A stretch of 64,000 bases of DNA, taken from contig NC_042997.1 in assembly GCF_006345805.1 (NCBI RefSeq), positions 115,816,001-115,880,000 on the forward strand, in the 5' to 3' direction. Position numbers and translations under genes: made by a program. The notes below the pieces were generated by a model, which saw only the letters and a list, made by a program, of their open reading frames with translations, was not told the origin of the DNA and did no database searches. Positions within the stretch are counted from its first letter, which is position 1. The number at the start of each line of letters is the position of its first letter. Shown here piece by piece: positions 63,335-64,000 of this stretch. Source of the DNA: Octopus sinensis (Eukaryota).

Positions 63335-63552
63335 TAAGGCGGCGAGCTGGCAGAATCGTTAGCACGCTGGGCAAAATACTTAGCGGTATTTCGCCCATTT
63401 CTACGTCCTGAGTTCAAATTCCGCCGAGGTCAACTTTGTCTTTCATCCTTTCGGGACGATAAATCAAGTACCAGTGAAGCACGGGGGTCGATGTAATCGA
63501 CTAGTCCCCTCCTCACAAATTTGAGGACTTGTGCCTCTACAAGAAAGGATCA
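63335..63552 (+). mobile_element. SINE family B
   Basis: Canonical head and core. Confidence 0.85.
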
Positions 63553-63819
63553 CTTTCATTTGTATATGTTGCTTATGCTTCAATCTGGGGGCTTGATATT
63601 CTTCAACGAGTACCCAAACGTTTTTCTATGATTTTTGTGTCCGTTATTTCAACCATTTTATGCTTCTTGTGTCAGCCATGTTTAAATTTGGGAAAATCAT
63701 AAGTGTTTCTTCATTTTCTGTATGAAGGATTTCATTACTAAATGTCTTCTTCTTCTTCTTCTTAAGACATCAAGGTATGATTTGAGTGAGTCTTGGCTCA
63801 ATAAACTCTACTATGCACG

Positions 63820-63862
<43 letters not shown>

Positions 63863-64000
63863 GCATGCATGTATGTATGTGTATGCGTGTATATGTGTGT
63901 GTGTATGTATGCGTTGGGTGTCTTAAAAGTGTCTATGCATTTTTTGGCTTATGCTGTCTCATATGTGTGTGTGCGTGCGTATGCTTACGTGCATGTGTAT

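Overview
This is repeat-saturated eukaryotic DNA, most likely from an octopus or other coleoid cephalopod. That assignment is an inference from the SINE families and the extreme microsatellite density. I recognise no host protein-coding gene, and almost every ORF in the supplied track is a translated microsatellite. The main supported content is: (1) four tRNA-Pro genes (two intact AGG, two TGG with anticodon-arm lesions) next to a ~1.55-kb direct duplication with a 4.4-kb offset; (2) a complete 2,790-bp hAT (Charlie/SPIN-like) transposon with perfect TIRs and an 8-bp TSD, nested in the endonuclease domain of an R4/Dong-like retrotransposon; (3) 5'-truncated non-LTR retrotransposons of several clades (Tx1-like, two R4/Dong-like, HERO-like, RTE, Penelope-like); (4) dozens of tRNA-derived SINE copies from at least four families; (5) foldback/MITE elements; and (6) a 100-N scaffold gap. 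The strongest pattern is that three retroelements each sit inside a different microsatellite: Tx1-like in (TATC)n, Dong-like in (TAA)n and R4-like in (CATA/CATC)n. Foldback elements sit at (TA)n arrays, and the commonest SINE carries an internal microsatellite that hosts other insertions. Many lesions are 1-nt homopolymer indels, so consensus error may exaggerate decay. SINE and fragment boundaries are approximate; tRNA, TIR and TSD coordinates were counted directly.
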